Positions 28,381-38,460 of a stretch of 64,000 nt of DNA are shown in pieces; positions within the stretch are counted from its first letter, which is position 1; every line of letters begins with the position of its first letter. The DNA comes from an uncultured archaeon (GTDB lineage Archaea > Altiarchaeota > Altiarchaeia > IMC4 > SCGC-AAA252-I15). The stretch spans positions 160,001-224,000 of the forward strand of contig CABMCB010000071.1 in the NCBI GenBank assembly GCA_902384455.1, in the 5' to 3' direction. The notes beneath the pieces are model-generated. The model searched no databases and was not told the DNA's origin. It was given only the letters and a program-made list of their open reading frames with translations. Made by a program: the position numbers and the translations under genes.

Positions 28381-30618
28381 TTAGCCTCTTTCGTCTTCTT
28401 TTTGCTGGGGATTCCTTTCTTCGTCGGCATCTTCGCCCTCCGTCAACGACTGACCTATCGATAACGATATGTGTTTCGGCCTTATATTAGCGTTTGCATG
28501 CGGCTTGCGCTCCTTGACGTGTTCCACGGCCTGCTCCACCTGCTCCTTCATGTGCATTACGTAAGGCTCCTCCCCTGCGTGTTCAAGATGCGATTCGCCT
28601 TCAGAGCCCTTGAAAGCCTTGTAAGAAAGTGACGTGACAGTAAGCATCGCAAGCCCCAGAATCCCAAGGACTACTGCGACTACTCCGACGCGGATGCCCC
28701 AGTAAGTGATTAATGCGCGCCTATACGCCCAACGTATGCCGTCAACGGTAGCGCGGCCTTCCTCAACGCTTGCGATTCCTTTTTCGTCTCCCAGCGCTCT
28801 GTACGAAGTTTCCGCTCCGTCAAGAAGCGCGTACGCTTCGTCGTAGCTTTCGTTTCCTGCCGCGGAAACAGCGCGGGAAATGGATGTCTGAGCGTCTTTG
28901 CCCATGAGGGCGAGATTCTGGACTGCAAGAGCATCCTGACTTGTGTTCTCCATCTCAATGAACTGGTACGCGGAAACGGCCATCGCCGCCCACTCGCTCG
29001 CATTCAAGTAGTCTCCTGCGGCATAAGCCTCTCTTGCGTTGGCCAGATATATTCCTGCCCTCGGATAACTGCGGGCGTAATTGACAAGGTGTGTGGCCTG
29101 CGTTATTAACTGCATGTCGCCCAGCTTCTGATAAAGGTCCAATGCGGCCTGACCTGTTTTTTCGGCGTTGGCGTAGTCGTTTTGGTTGAGGTACGAGGCC
29201 GCCTCGTTGTACTTTGCGTCGGCGGTCATCCTGTCTGATATGCGGGTGAGCATCCGCCCGCTCTCAAGCAAACCCACGTTGTCTCCTGAATTCTTGAAGA
29301 AGTCGTTCGCTTGAGAAGCCAAATCCTTCGCCTTGGCGAAGCTCATGTTCCTGTAGGCGTCCTCAGACGCTCTCAGTAGCACAGTCGCCCTCTTCTGCTG
29401 CATGTAAGGCTTGGTGTCGAATCCGCGTACTCTCTGGTCCGTGCCGCTTGTGACGACATCCAAGTAACTGTCGCCGTTGAAGTCACCCGCCTTAAGTGCG
29501 GTTATGGGACTCATCTTGTCCGAACTCCATATTAAGCCGCCTGTTTTGTTTAGGATGCGAAGTCTGTCTGAGCCGACTATTACTTCCGGCGATCCGTCGC
29601 CTTCAACGTCAGCAAGAGCAATTCCTCCCACAGGCCCTGAACCAGCATAACCCCAAAGTCTGTTGCCGCTGCCGTCGAAAGCGTAAACCACGCTGCCTGC
29701 GGCGACAATATCCTTATTTCCGTCGCCGTTAAGGTCGACCAAAATAACCCCTTTGACTGAACCTGAAACATTAGCCTCAAACCTAAGGGAGCCGTCGTGG
29801 TTCAAAACGTCGATTTCATCCTGGAGGCCGGCCACAATCTCAGGTTGGCCGTCGCCGTCCAAGTCGCCTGCCTGCACAGTATACGAGCCCATGGAGGCCT
29901 GATACCTCCAAAGTATTCCTTTTACTGTGTCTATTGCGACTATGGGTGCGGGTCCGTTGTAAGTCAGGCTGCGGCTTCCTCCTGTGGGGTCGAGTCTTGT
30001 TGCCGAGTTCACTCCGTTCTTGACGAACCCCGCTATCACCTCGTCTTTTCCGTCGCCGTTGACGTCGGCGCTTGTGAAAGTCAGAGGTGCTTCGTACATG
30101 GAAAACCCTATGGAGTTTATCCGCCCTCCGTTGTTGTCAACAATGAATACGCTGTTTCCGCTCAACCCCCCGGAAGTCCCAATCACCGATTCGGTCTTAC
30201 CGTCCTTGTTAAAGTCCGCTGCATACAAACCGCGGCCGTCCGCGTATGTGGCGAAGCTCCATTTTTTGTCGCCTACTGAGTTGAATGCGTGGACGTATAC
30301 TGGGGACCCCATGAGTATTGTCGCTTGGCCGTCGGGGTCGTTTGCGGCGAAGCTGTTGTACATTAGGCTGCCTATGAGTCTGCTCCACGCTAAGGAGCCG
30401 TTGGCTTCAAGTGCGTAGAATGTTCCTCCGCGGGTGGAGTCGACAAGAATCAGGGATCTGCCGTCGTACTGGTATGTGTTGATGTTTTTGTTGGCTTCTG
30501 AGAGGGCATAAACCCAAGTGGGCGTCAGAATCACGTCAGTCGATTTCGTAGCCGCAGCTGCGGCGTACGGAGTGAGCATTAAGGCGCACAAGACCGCCAG
30601 AAGAAGCAACTTATGCAT
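28381..30618 (-). CDS. Membrane-anchored FG-GAP/VCBS beta-propeller protein with TPR-like helical region
   Basis: Signal peptide, repeated D-[FVL]-[ND]-GDG motifs, helical repeats, C-terminal TM. Confidence 0.85.
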   Translation of the reverse strand: MHKLLLLAVLCALMLTPYAAAAATKSTDVILTPTWVYALSEANKNINTYQYDGRSLILVDSTRGGTFYALEANGSLAWSRLIGSLMYNSFAANDPDGQATILMGSPVYVHAFNSVGDKKWSFATYADGRGLYAADFNKDGKTESVIGTSGGLSGNSVFIVDNNGGRINSIGFSMYEAPLTFTSADVNGDGKDEVIAGFVKNGVNSATRLDPTGGSRSLTYNGPAPIVAIDTVKGILWRYQASMGSYTVQAGDLDGDGQPEIVAGLQDEIDVLNHDGSLRFEANVSGSVKGVILVDLNGDGNKDIVAAGSVVYAFDGSGNRLWGYAGSGPVGGIALADVEGDGSPEVIVGSDRLRILNKTGGLIWSSDKMSPITALKAGDFNGDSYLDVVTSGTDQRVRGFDTKPYMQQKRATVLLRASEDAYRNMSFAKAKDLASQANDFFKNSGDNVGLLESGRMLTRISDRMTADAKYNEAASYLNQNDYANAEKTGQAALDLYQKLGDMQLITQATHLVNYARSYPRAGIYLANAREAYAAGDYLNASEWAAMAVSAYQFIEMENTSQDALAVQNLALMGKDAQTSISRAVSAAGNESYDEAYALLDGAETSYRALGDEKGIASVEEGRATVDGIRWAYRRALITYWGIRVGVVAVVLGILGLAMLTVTSLSYKAFKGSEGESHLEHAGEEPYVMHMKEQVEQAVEHVKERKPHANANIRPKHISLSIGQSLTEGEDADEERNPQQKEDERG

Positions 30619-30656
30619 CCTTACACCTTATAGGCCGACGACTTAAAATGTTCCAT

Positions 30657-31613
30657 CTATCCTGATATGGCTCGCGTGAATACGTAAGCAATCGCTGCGG
30701 TCGCAAGAGGCGTGGCGATCCAGCCGGCCGCTATCGCAAGCAGCATGCGCGCATTCACCGTCCTAATCCCCTTAGTAAGTCCCACGCCGATTATCCCCCC
30801 GACAAGAGTCTGGGTGGTGGAAACTGGGATGCCGCTTATTATGCACCCGTAAACGACTGCGGCGGCGGAAACCTGAGCTGAGAAAGCCGATGCAGGACTT
30901 AAAGGAGTAATCCTCTTGCCTACTGTGTCAGCCACACCACCCCCAATCAAGAACACTCCAACCCCCAAAGCAAAGGCCGCCGCAGCAACAGCAAGAACCT
31001 CATAACCCCCCACAGCAGAAACAAGCGGACCCACGGCGTTGCCCATGCTGTTTGCTCCCAAATTGTACGCGATAGCCATCGCACCCGCAAGAGTCAGGTA
31101 CCTGAAGGCAACACTCTGGGCGGTAAAAGAGAGGGAATTAATTGCTGGCGTCAAAACCGCGCGGTAAACCACATAAGCCAAGAAACCCGATATGAACGGA
31201 GTAACCACCCACGCAAAAGCAATAGTCCCCACAACACCCCAACTAACAGGCGCACCCAAAGCAAGTCCCGCCCCAACAGCCGCCCCAACAATCGCCTGAC
31301 TGCTTGAAACAGGCAAAGAAAGCAAAGTAATCACAAACATGAAGACGGCGGCCGTCAAAACCGCCGCAAACGCCGCTTTCGCATGGCTGGAAAAACCGCC
31401 CTCAAATATCCTACTTCCTATCGTCTGACTAGTATAATGACTTTGAAGCACGGCGCCAGCGAAAGCAAGCAAAACAACAACCACCGCAGCGCCGGTGAAT
31501 CTGATGCCCTGACTCCCTATCAAAGTGCCGATAACATCGCCCGCATCATTCCCCCCAATAGTGAAAGCAAACAAAAAGGAGGCCAAAATAAGCAAAAGCA
31601 GTATTACTTCCAT
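30657..31613 (-). CDS. Inorganic phosphate transporter, PiT family
   Basis: GGND, LPVSSSQA, GANS, GIPVSTTQ motifs. Confidence 0.9.
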   Translation of the reverse strand: MEVILLLLILASFLFAFTIGGNDAGDVIGTLIGSQGIRFTGAAVVVVLLAFAGAVLQSHYTSQTIGSRIFEGGFSSHAKAAFAAVLTAAVFMFVITLLSLPVSSSQAIVGAAVGAGLALGAPVSWGVVGTIAFAWVVTPFISGFLAYVVYRAVLTPAINSLSFTAQSVAFRYLTLAGAMAIAYNLGANSMGNAVGPLVSAVGGYEVLAVAAAAFALGVGVFLIGGGVADTVGKRITPLSPASAFSAQVSAAAVVYGCIISGIPVSTTQTLVGGIIGVGLTKGIRTVNARMLLAIAAGWIATPLATAAIAYVFTRAISG

Positions 31614-31621
31614 CGGCCAAA

Positions 31622-32290
31622 TTACGGCTTGTGCATCAGTATAATCAGGTTCAATGCGTCGCTTGCGTCCTCTGCGTCGTTGCTTATCGTACCAAGAAAG
31701 TCCGCGGTCTTAGTCAAAACTAAAATGTCTGTTGGCCCGTAAGCCCCCCTCCTGTATATAGTATGATAGAGCTTCACTTGTATGATGTCTATCTTATGCT
31801 CCTCGTCGCGGACTTTCTGGATGAGCGCCTTAAGCTTTTCTGCGTCGTCCATCGAATGCACAGCCTCAGTCAGAGCGCGGGTGCACGAAAGAGTCGTATC
31901 CACAATCTCAGTCATCATGCCCCTTATCTCCTCGTTGATTCGAATGCCCACAAGATAATCCGTCATATTAGCAAAATCCTGAGCCGAATTAGCCACAGTA
32001 TCAAGCCTCTCGCAGAAATCAAAAATCCTGCCTCTGCTTATCGGCATGAAAGCGCCAGAATACATCGTCTCCTCAACCTGCCTGCGGATTACGTCGGCCT
32101 CGTGCTCTAAGACTCTGACTTTCTCGATTTCCTCATTGAGTCTTTTAGCGTCCTTCTTGTCAAGAGCGTCAAAAACCTGAGGCAGACGTTCGACGGTCTC
32201 AAGCACCTTGTCTGCGTGCTTCTTGATTAATTCGATAGTGTTCTTCTCCTGCTCCCTGCCGAAAAAAGGGATTATGTTAAAGAGGCCCAT
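31622..32290 (-). CDS. DUF47/TIGR00153 PhoU-like phosphate transport regulator
   Basis: LEHEADVIRR and EEHKID repeats, located upstream of the PiT gene. Confidence 0.9.
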   Translation of the reverse strand: MGLFNIIPFFGREQEKNTIELIKKHADKVLETVERLPQVFDALDKKDAKRLNEEIEKVRVLEHEADVIRRQVEETMYSGAFMPISRGRIFDFCERLDTVANSAQDFANMTDYLVGIRINEEIRGMMTEIVDTTLSCTRALTEAVHSMDDAEKLKALIQKVRDEEHKIDIIQVKLYHTIYRRGAYGPTDILVLTKTADFLGTISNDAEDASDALNLIILMHKP

Positions 32291-32349
32291 AAAGTCACCG
32301 TAAACTATCTTACATTGATGCGCTATTAAGTCGGCGGTTTAATCTGAAG

Positions 32350-34278
32350 CTACTGCGCAGGCGGATGCTCCCTCTTCCACTCCTCATACGCCAGCGCCAA
32401 AGACCGGAAGTATATGCTGTCGCCTGCATCCCTCAAAGTCTCTTCCATGAACATCCTACCAAGCCTCTCACCCAACCCCCTCATAACCCCACGGACCATG
32501 GCAGGCCTGCTTAATGATTCCAGCGAAACTTCGCTTTCAGCAGACGACCCGAAGGGGTCTCCGTCTCCAACGTCAATGTTCGTGGAAGTCTCAAGGTAAG
32601 CGAATACTGCTGCAAAGACTCCTCTTGGCGTCTTAGGAGAAACGCTGCCGCTATCTACTATCCTCGCCTCAAAAGTTCCGAAATCGTAAGACTCGTATTG
32701 TGGGTCGTCACTTTCAACAAGCTGTGAGATTCTCAGGTTCCTCGGATGGGGGTCGTCAATCAATACTCCGTTGTTTCTCCTCCAAAACCGCACTAAACCT
32801 TCCATCACCACCTCCTGCACCCGCTCCCAAGCGGCAGGATCATGCTTACGCCTAAAAAGATCATCCTCCACTTCGTCAAAATGAGGGCCGAAAATCTTCT
32901 CCTGAGTACGCAAAAAACTGCCGTCGTCAAGAACCCAAATGCCGCCGATTTTACCGACCAACGTCGAAGTGGGATTAAGGCTGTGTCCTGTGGTCTGGTG
33001 AATGTTAGAGTCAAGAAGAGTCGGATTCCTAGCCCATACAGAACGATGCTGCTGCGGACTTGAAAGCTTTACGGTAAAAACCGCAGGCTCCTCCACCCCC
33101 TCCGGCCGCCTGCCCTCGCGGAAAGTAACTATCGCGTCAAACGCCTCCCTATAACCCCCCCTCACAGGAAGAGACTTAAACCTTATAGTAAGCACATCAC
33201 TAGGATTCACGTCTGCGCCAAAAACCGAGTCAAAAGTCTGCTTCAAACAGGACGTCGTCTCAAAAACCCTTCTTACCCCCAAATCATGCCGACGCAAACC
33301 GCTGTCTTCGGCCACTGAGCCATACTCATAATAGATGTTTACGTCGGCGTTATCCACTCCAACAAAAACGTCCGGAACATCGGACGAAGGGAAAGAAAGA
33401 CGGTAAACGCCCGCATCAGGTTTTCTTGAATCCCTGCCGGGAAGAGACAACACCATCTTATCCGACATTGAAAGAGGCATAATCTGAACCGCCTTGGACG
33501 CCTCCTCAGAACCAGAAGGCACAGCGTCAACCCTCACGGAACCCACAGAAGCATCCACTCCGTGAATAAACTTAACTGTCTTAGGGACAACATCCGTCCC
33601 AGAAAGCGCTCGCGCAAGAAAATCGCGGTCCTCCCCCCAAATTCCCTCGTCAAAAACAACATCAACATTCTGCGGAACACGCGAAACATACCTCATAGAA
33701 GCAGCACGCAAAGCCATGTTCATCAACATGTGAACAGTCCTAGACTGCTGGATGTAATCCCCCGCATGAAGAAGAAACTCATTAGACGGCTCCAACTCCC
33801 CAAAAGGGCGAACGACAAGATCCATGTCGCTCACATCCCCCGCTCTCCGCCTAAGCTCACCAAGCGAATCCAAAGCCCTATCACCCAAAAAAGGTCTGGC
33901 CTCATCAATATACCTGTCGTAAAAAACAGCCATAGTCCCTATAAGCCGCTGGTAATCCCCCGAATACCTAACCTCAACAGACCCGTCGGTCACTTCCCTG
34001 CGAACCTCCTCTTCCGGGACCTTTCGATGATTCGCCTGCCACCCAACGAAAACATTAACCTCATGGACCCTCCTGCGAGCCTCCTGATGTAAAAACTCCT
34101 TGAAAACGTCGGCAGCATTCTCCCCACTCAAAAGTCCGCGGGACGCCTCCACAGACTCCAAGCCGTCAGGAACCTTCAACTTAACTTCAACCGCATTTGA
34201 AGGACTAACCGGAGTCCCACCTGCGGTAACTTCGAAATAAGTCTTATCCCTAGTCCTGCCCGTGACTGGAATCATCAT
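32350..34278 (-). CDS. Hypothetical protein with C-terminal protein-kinase-like motifs
   Basis: Long ORF with FTVKLS, DDPHPRNLRI and IVDSG in kinase order. Start uncertain (34278 or 34320). Confidence 0.6.
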   Translation of the reverse strand: MMIPVTGRTRDKTYFEVTAGGTPVSPSNAVEVKLKVPDGLESVEASRGLLSGENAADVFKEFLHQEARRRVHEVNVFVGWQANHRKVPEEEVRREVTDGSVEVRYSGDYQRLIGTMAVFYDRYIDEARPFLGDRALDSLGELRRRAGDVSDMDLVVRPFGELEPSNEFLLHAGDYIQQSRTVHMLMNMALRAASMRYVSRVPQNVDVVFDEGIWGEDRDFLARALSGTDVVPKTVKFIHGVDASVGSVRVDAVPSGSEEASKAVQIMPLSMSDKMVLSLPGRDSRKPDAGVYRLSFPSSDVPDVFVGVDNADVNIYYEYGSVAEDSGLRRHDLGVRRVFETTSCLKQTFDSVFGADVNPSDVLTIRFKSLPVRGGYREAFDAIVTFREGRRPEGVEEPAVFTVKLSSPQQHRSVWARNPTLLDSNIHQTTGHSLNPTSTLVGKIGGIWVLDDGSFLRTQEKIFGPHFDEVEDDLFRRKHDPAAWERVQEVVMEGLVRFWRRNNGVLIDDPHPRNLRISQLVESDDPQYESYDFGTFEARIVDSGSVSPKTPRGVFAAVFAYLETSTNIDVGDGDPFGSSAESEVSLESLSRPAMVRGVMRGLGERLGRMFMEETLRDAGDSIYFRSLALAYEEWKREHPPAQ

Positions 34279-34308
34279 ATAACATTTGGAAACCAAAGTA
34301 AAATCCAG

Positions 34309-34554
34309 ATGGAACCCCAAACAATAACCCTGCTCGGCATCACCCTAATACTTCTGGGATTCCTGCTCGCCTTCGCAGGAACCCTAATGTCCTCCCTCCA
34401 CCAAACAAATCCAGGACCAAACGTACGCTCAGGCGGCGTAATATTTCTCGGCCCAATACCAATAATCTTCGGAACAGACAAAGGCGCAGCAACATGGGCG
34501 GCTGCAATAGCCATGTTGATGCTTGCCGCATACTTTATCCTCCACAGCAGGTGA
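34309..34554 (+). CDS. DUF131/TIGR00304 membrane protein
   Basis: GGVIFLGPIPIIFG signature. Confidence 0.85.
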   Translation: MEPQTITLLGITLILLGFLLAFAGTLMSSLHQTNPGPNVRSGGVIFLGPIPIIFGTDKGAATWAAAIAMLMLAAYFILHSR

Positions 34555-34595
34555 ACGCAGCGTTTTAACGCCTACATCCCTCATCAGTAACCGCA

Positions 34596-35315
34596 ATGCT
34601 TCTTTTGATGGACGAACGGGAAGACACCTACCTAATCAAAGGAGACTCCGAATTCCACTGCAGATTCGGCTTCATAAAAAAAGAAGTTCTTGCGGCGGCA
34701 AAACCCGGCGACATCCTAGAAAGCAACACCAAACACAAATTCCGCGTCATACAACCCGGGATGCCAGACTACATAGGGAAAGCGAAGCGCGGCCCGCAGG
34801 CGGTGCTGCCAAAGGACCTCGGAATCATCGCCTCATACACCGGCATAAGAAGCGGAAGCAGAGTAGTAGACGCGGGAGTGGGAAGCGGAATACTCTCAAT
34901 GTACCTCGCGCACATAGTCGCCCCGCAGAAACTTGTCGCATACGAAGTGCGCGAAGACTTCGCCGAAATAGCCAAAAGCAACTTCAAAAAATTCGGGGTA
35001 GACAACATCGAAGTCAAAATCAAAAGCATATACGAAGGAATAGACGAGGAAGAACTCGACCTCGTCTCACTCGACCTGCCCGAACCCTGGCTCGCAGTAG
35101 AACCCGCATACAAAGCCCTCAAAACATCCGGATACCTAACAAGCTACAGCCCAAGCATAAACCAAAACGCACGCTTCATGGACGCATTACAAAGCAGATT
35201 CCAAAGCTACACAATAGAAACACTAGAACGACGCTGGAACATGGACGCAGTACGCCCCAGCACCCAAATGATAGGCCACAGCGGATTCATAACAATAGCA
35301 AGAAAACTATACTGA
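34596..35315 (+). CDS. trmI: tRNA (adenine-N1)-methyltransferase
   Basis: RGPQAVLPKD, DAGVGSG, LDLPEPW, RPSTQMIGHSGF. Confidence 0.93.
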   Translation: MLLLMDEREDTYLIKGDSEFHCRFGFIKKEVLAAAKPGDILESNTKHKFRVIQPGMPDYIGKAKRGPQAVLPKDLGIIASYTGIRSGSRVVDAGVGSGILSMYLAHIVAPQKLVAYEVREDFAEIAKSNFKKFGVDNIEVKIKSIYEGIDEEELDLVSLDLPEPWLAVEPAYKALKTSGYLTSYSPSINQNARFMDALQSRFQSYTIETLERRWNMDAVRPSTQMIGHSGFITIARKLY

Positions 35316-35364
35316 GAAAAAACCTCTTTTATCCTCCAACTCCAAACATCATAACGGTGGCATT

Positions 35365-35826
35365 ATGGCTTTGACGGTTCACGTGTTTGCGACATCCCGT
35401 AAGGACTCCCTCGCAGACCTGAAAAAACACACCAGCATAGAAGACGTCAAAGCGTGGTCCAGCAAAGTAGGCAACACAGCACAAGGAAAAGCAACCCGCA
35501 CGGAAATAAACGCCGAATTATTCAAAGCAGCAGGCGACCTCCAAGTCATAGACTCATACGCAGTAGTCCTCTACCCCCCAGGCGACATAACCGGAGGACA
35601 AAACACCGGCAAACAAATAAAATCCGCCATAAACACCCGAAAAATACCCTTCACATGGGGCCTAACCCCAAACCCCGCACTACCCGCAGGAACATACGAA
35701 ATATACCTGGAACTCATCACCTCATCTTCCGGGCAGAAAACAAACTCAGACGAAGGCCTTGAGCCTCTGACTGAAGACGACTTCAACCTTAACGTCGACG
35801 AAGGATTCGCTGTAAAAAGGCTCTGA
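35365..35826 (+). CDS. Hypothetical protein
   Basis: 153-aa ORF with host-like codon usage and an upstream TTTTATCC box. Confidence 0.65.
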   Translation: MALTVHVFATSRKDSLADLKKHTSIEDVKAWSSKVGNTAQGKATRTEINAELFKAAGDLQVIDSYAVVLYPPGDITGGQNTGKQIKSAINTRKIPFTWGLTPNPALPAGTYEIYLELITSSSGQKTNSDEGLEPLTEDDFNLNVDEGFAVKRL

Positions 35827-35831
35827 CTTCT

Positions 35832-37493
35832 TCAGAACAATCCCTTGATGTTTCCGTTTTCCTCAATGTCTATGTCCAACGCCGCAGGATGCTCAGGCAA
35901 ACCTGGCATAGTAACTATGTCCCCGCACGTCACCACGATGAATCCCGCACCAGCACTGATGCGCACGTCCGTGACGCGGATTTTGAAATCAACGGGGCGG
36001 CCTGTTTTTGTGGGGTCGTCCGACAGACTCTTTTGGGTTTTAGCCATGCAGACTGGAAGCCGGTCGAGTTTTTCCTTTATGATGCCGTCCAGGTCCTTAA
36101 GCGCCTTGTCCGTGTACTTCACGGCCTTCGCTCCGTACATTTCTTTGGCTATGCGCTCAATCTTCGCTTTAAGTGGGTCTGAAGTTTTGTAGAGGAAACG
36201 GAAACTGTTTTTCTTTTCAAACAGCTCCAAAATCTCTTTCGCAATCTTAAGTCCGCCCAATCCTCCTTTACCCCACACGTCCACTTCCACGGCGGCGACA
36301 CCCAAACTGCGGCAGCCCTCGACCACAGCGTTGATTTCCTCCTTGCTGTCTCCCCTGAATTTGTTTACCGCCACAACCAAAGGCACGCCGAATTTCTGAA
36401 TGTTTTCGATGTGCTTTTCTAGGTTGGCGAACCCGCGCTGCACAGCATCAACGTCCTTCTTAGAGTAATCCTCCGCGCTCCCGTGCATCCTAAGCGCCCT
36501 TATTGTGGCGACAATCACGACCGCGTTAGGCCTAAGTCCCCCAATCCTGCATTTGATGTCAAAGAACTTTTCGGCACCCAACTCAGTCCCGAAGCCCGCC
36601 TCAGTCACGACAACATCACCCAGCTTCAAAGCAATCTTGGTCGCAATCAAACTGTTGCAACCGTGAGCAATGTTGGCGAAAGGGCCCCCGTGAATCAAAG
36701 CGGGCGTACCCTCAAGAGTCTGCACCAAATTAGGGTGAATCGCATGCTTCAAAAGAGCAGCCATGGCGCCCTCAACGCCCAAATCGCGGACATGAACCGG
36801 CTTCCCGAAGTAAGTATATCCGATGATTATGTCGCCAAGGCGACGCTTCAAATCAGTAATAGACTCAGCAAGACACAATACGGCCATGACTTCGCTTGCC
36901 GCAGTAATCTGGAATCCGTCCTCCCGCGGAATGCCTTCTTTGATTCCGCCCATCCCCACGAAAATGTGTCGTAGGCTTCTGTCGTTCATGTCGATTGCCC
37001 GCCGCCACATAATCCTGCGGGGGTCAATTTGAAGAGAATTCCCGTGCTGAAGATGGTTGTCGATGATTGCCGAAAGCAAATTGTTGGCCGCGGTGACTGC
37101 GTGAATGTCGCCCGTGAAATGGAGGTTGATGTCTTCCATAGGGAGCACCTGACTGAACCCTCCGCCGGCAGCGCCACCCTTTATGCCGAAGCATGGCCCT
37201 AAGCTCGGTTCGCGGATGCATATGACCGCTGGAATGCCCATCCTGTTGAACGCCTGGCCTAATCCCACTGTTACGGTGGTTTTTCCTTCGCCTGCGGGGG
37301 TGGGTGTCATGCAGGTTACGAGAACAAGCTTGCCGGTGGGGTTGCTTTTGAGGCGGGAAAGAGAGTGGATGTTAACTTTCGCCATGTAGTCGCCGAAGTA
37401 GGCGACTTCGCCCTCCTTCAAACCCAATTCGCTAGCGACGTCGCTTATATGCCTAAGAGCGGCAGTCTGAGCAATCTCAATATCAGATGGCAT
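35832..37493 (-). CDS. fhs: Formate--tetrahydrofolate ligase
   Basis: [39 protein letters not shown]. Confidence 0.98.
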   Translation of the reverse strand: MPSDIEIAQTAALRHISDVASELGLKEGEVAYFGDYMAKVNIHSLSRLKSNPTGKLVLVTCMTPTPAGEGKTTVTVGLGQAFNRMGIPAVICIREPSLGPCFGIKGGAAGGGFSQVLPMEDINLHFTGDIHAVTAANNLLSAIIDNHLQHGNSLQIDPRRIMWRRAIDMNDRSLRHIFVGMGGIKEGIPREDGFQITAASEVMAVLCLAESITDLKRRLGDIIIGYTYFGKPVHVRDLGVEGAMAALLKHAIHPNLVQTLEGTPALIHGGPFANIAHGCNSLIATKIALKLGDVVVTEAGFGTELGAEKFFDIKCRIGGLRPNAVVIVATIRALRMHGSAEDYSKKDVDAVQRGFANLEKHIENIQKFGVPLVVAVNKFRGDSKEEINAVVEGCRSLGVAAVEVDVWGKGGLGGLKIAKEILELFEKKNSFRFLYKTSDPLKAKIERIAKEMYGAKAVKYTDKALKDLDGIIKEKLDRLPVCMAKTQKSLSDDPTKTGRPVDFKIRVTDVRISAGAGFIVVTCGDIVTMPGLPEHPAALDIDIEENGNIKGLF

Positions 37494-37551
37494 TGAGGAA
37501 AAAATATGCGTCAGCGTATATAAGGCGGTCTAAACCTAACCTTTAAGGCAA

Positions 37552-37695
37552 ATGAAGAAACAGGAACCATCCTCGTCGACTCCAAAGCAGGCGCGGGAGA
37601 AATGCCCCATCTGCCAGAGCGAGTCAATAACCCGTATGGGGAGCCACAGGGAATGCGACAGCTGCGGCAGGCAATGGACGCACATCGCGAAATAA
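37552..37695 (+). CDS. 47-aa Zn-ribbon microprotein (not in ORF track)
   Basis: MKKQEPSSSTPKQAREKCPICQSESITRMGSHRECDSCGRQWTHIAK, with a CPxC...CxxCG pattern. Confidence 0.7.
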   Translation: MKKQEPSSSTPKQAREKCPICQSESITRMGSHRECDSCGRQWTHIAK

Positions 37696-37774
37696 GCGTT
37701 TAGTTTATTAACTGGTATTAACAATAGTTTAGTGCAATTTCACAGGTTACTCAAATATCTGACTATGTTAACGC

Positions 37775-37943
37775 CCGCAACAACCCGGCAGGCGGCCATG
37801 AAGGCCACTATTGTTCGGACAGTGAGCGGGGCAGCTACTTGTCGTACCGTCCCCACCTTCCGCGTGTAAGCGCGGTGTCTGGGGAACAGAACCTTTTCAC
37901 CTAAGCGGTGTTGGGTCTGGAGTTTCTTGAGATGCCGTTGTGG
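37775..37943 (+). ncRNA. Putative structured RNA / 5' leader, copy 1 (unknown family)
   Basis: Closing stem CGGCA(37786)/TGCCG(37933). Hairpins CCGCG-TGTAAG-CGCGG and CACC-TAAGC-GGTG. Collinear homology with copy 2. Confidence 0.6.
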
Positions 37944-38003
37944 TTCCGACGTTTGAATTACTTGTTTAAGGAACCGATATAGTGAAAAAAGAGGTGAGAT
38001 GAA

Positions 38004-38111
38004 ATGGAACACAACTATGGGTACAAAGACCCATATGGCGTGAATAAGGAGAAGGACTATGCTTACGACCCGTACGACCTGCTTCCAAAAGACTGGAAGC
38101 AAGCGGCGTAG
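38004..38111 (+). CDS. 35-aa micropeptide 1 (YDPYxLLPxxWK motif)
   Basis: SD GAGGTGA at 37991-37997. MEHNYGYKDPYGVNKEKDYAYDPYDLLPKDWKQAA, motif shared with micropeptide 2. Confidence 0.75.
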   Translation: MEHNYGYKDPYGVNKEKDYAYDPYDLLPKDWKQAA

Positions 38112-38146
38112 AGGGCGTAAATTGTCCACTCCCATTGACATAGGGC

Positions 38147-38201
38147 TCGAAGGAGGACGCTTGCGTTTTCCTGCTTTAAGCGGCAATACGGCCTCCTTCG
38201 A
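38147..38201. repeat. 10-bp perfect inverted repeat closing a stem-loop after micropeptide 1
   Basis: TCGAAGGAGG (38147-38156) / CCTCCTTCGA (38192-38201). Confidence 0.7.
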
Positions 38202-38265
38202 AAAACCATCATATTTAAATATGAAAACATATACCATACTGAAGTATAATATAAATCATTAAAAA
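38202..38265 (+). promoter_or_regulatory. AT-rich putative promoter of RNA-peptide unit 2
   Basis: Palindromic CATATTTAAATATG and TATAATATAAAT boxes immediately upstream of the structured element. Confidence 0.45.
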
Positions 38266-38287
38266 TGAGTTCCGCCCTAATTAAACG

Positions 38288-38460
38288 GGCCTCACGGCAG
38301 CATTCTATCGTATTGAGGCGGAGCTGTACGTCGGTGGGCGGACGTACTAGTCGACTCTGGATTCAGACATCCCGCAAATAATGGCGGCGTCTGAGAAACA
38401 GAGTCCGGCCACCTAAAGGGGGTGGAGGACCTGGATTTTCTTGGGATGCCGCGTGTGGCC
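38288..38460 (+). ncRNA. Putative structured RNA / 5' leader, copy 2 (unknown family)
   Basis: Closing stem GGCCTCACGGCA/TGCCGCGTGTGGCC. Hairpins GTACGTC/GACGTAC, TCAGAC..CCGC/GCGG..GTCTGA and CCACC/GGTGG. Homologous to copy 1. Confidence 0.6.

Noticed and set aside
34523-35374. Long Arg-rich alternative-frame ORF over trmI (and similar shadow ORFs over ths, dnaK, lig, nth)
   Set aside because: Explained by the A/C-skewed codon usage depleting stop codons in other frames.
37786-37860. Cobalamin- or ZTP/THF-riboswitch-like words on the minus strand upstream of fhs (GCTGCCCCGCTCACTGT, CCTGCC)
   Set aside because: The remaining consensus elements are missing, the words are not retained in copy 2, and a + strand Zn-ribbon ORF separates them from fhs.
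37775-38111. tmRNA-like or RNase P interpretation (peptide 1 ends in AA-stop; AACAGAACC word)
   Set aside because: There are no tRNA-like ends, the ORF has its own SD and ATG, peptide 2 ends in EER, and the RNase P GGAAAGTCC strand is absent.
38147-38205. Inverted repeat as an intrinsic terminator
   Set aside because: It is followed by an A-run on the + strand, so on the minus strand the T-run precedes the hairpin. Neither orientation fits, so it is kept only as a stem-loop.
38350-38460. TPP riboswitch resemblance in RNA copy 2 (CTGAGAAA, ACCTG.AT, ATGCC.GCG)
   Set aside because: Spacing and pairing do not fit (no TAATGCC loop or AGGGA closure), copy 1 lacks CTGAGA, and there is no thiamine gene downstream. 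A cmscan is still advisable.
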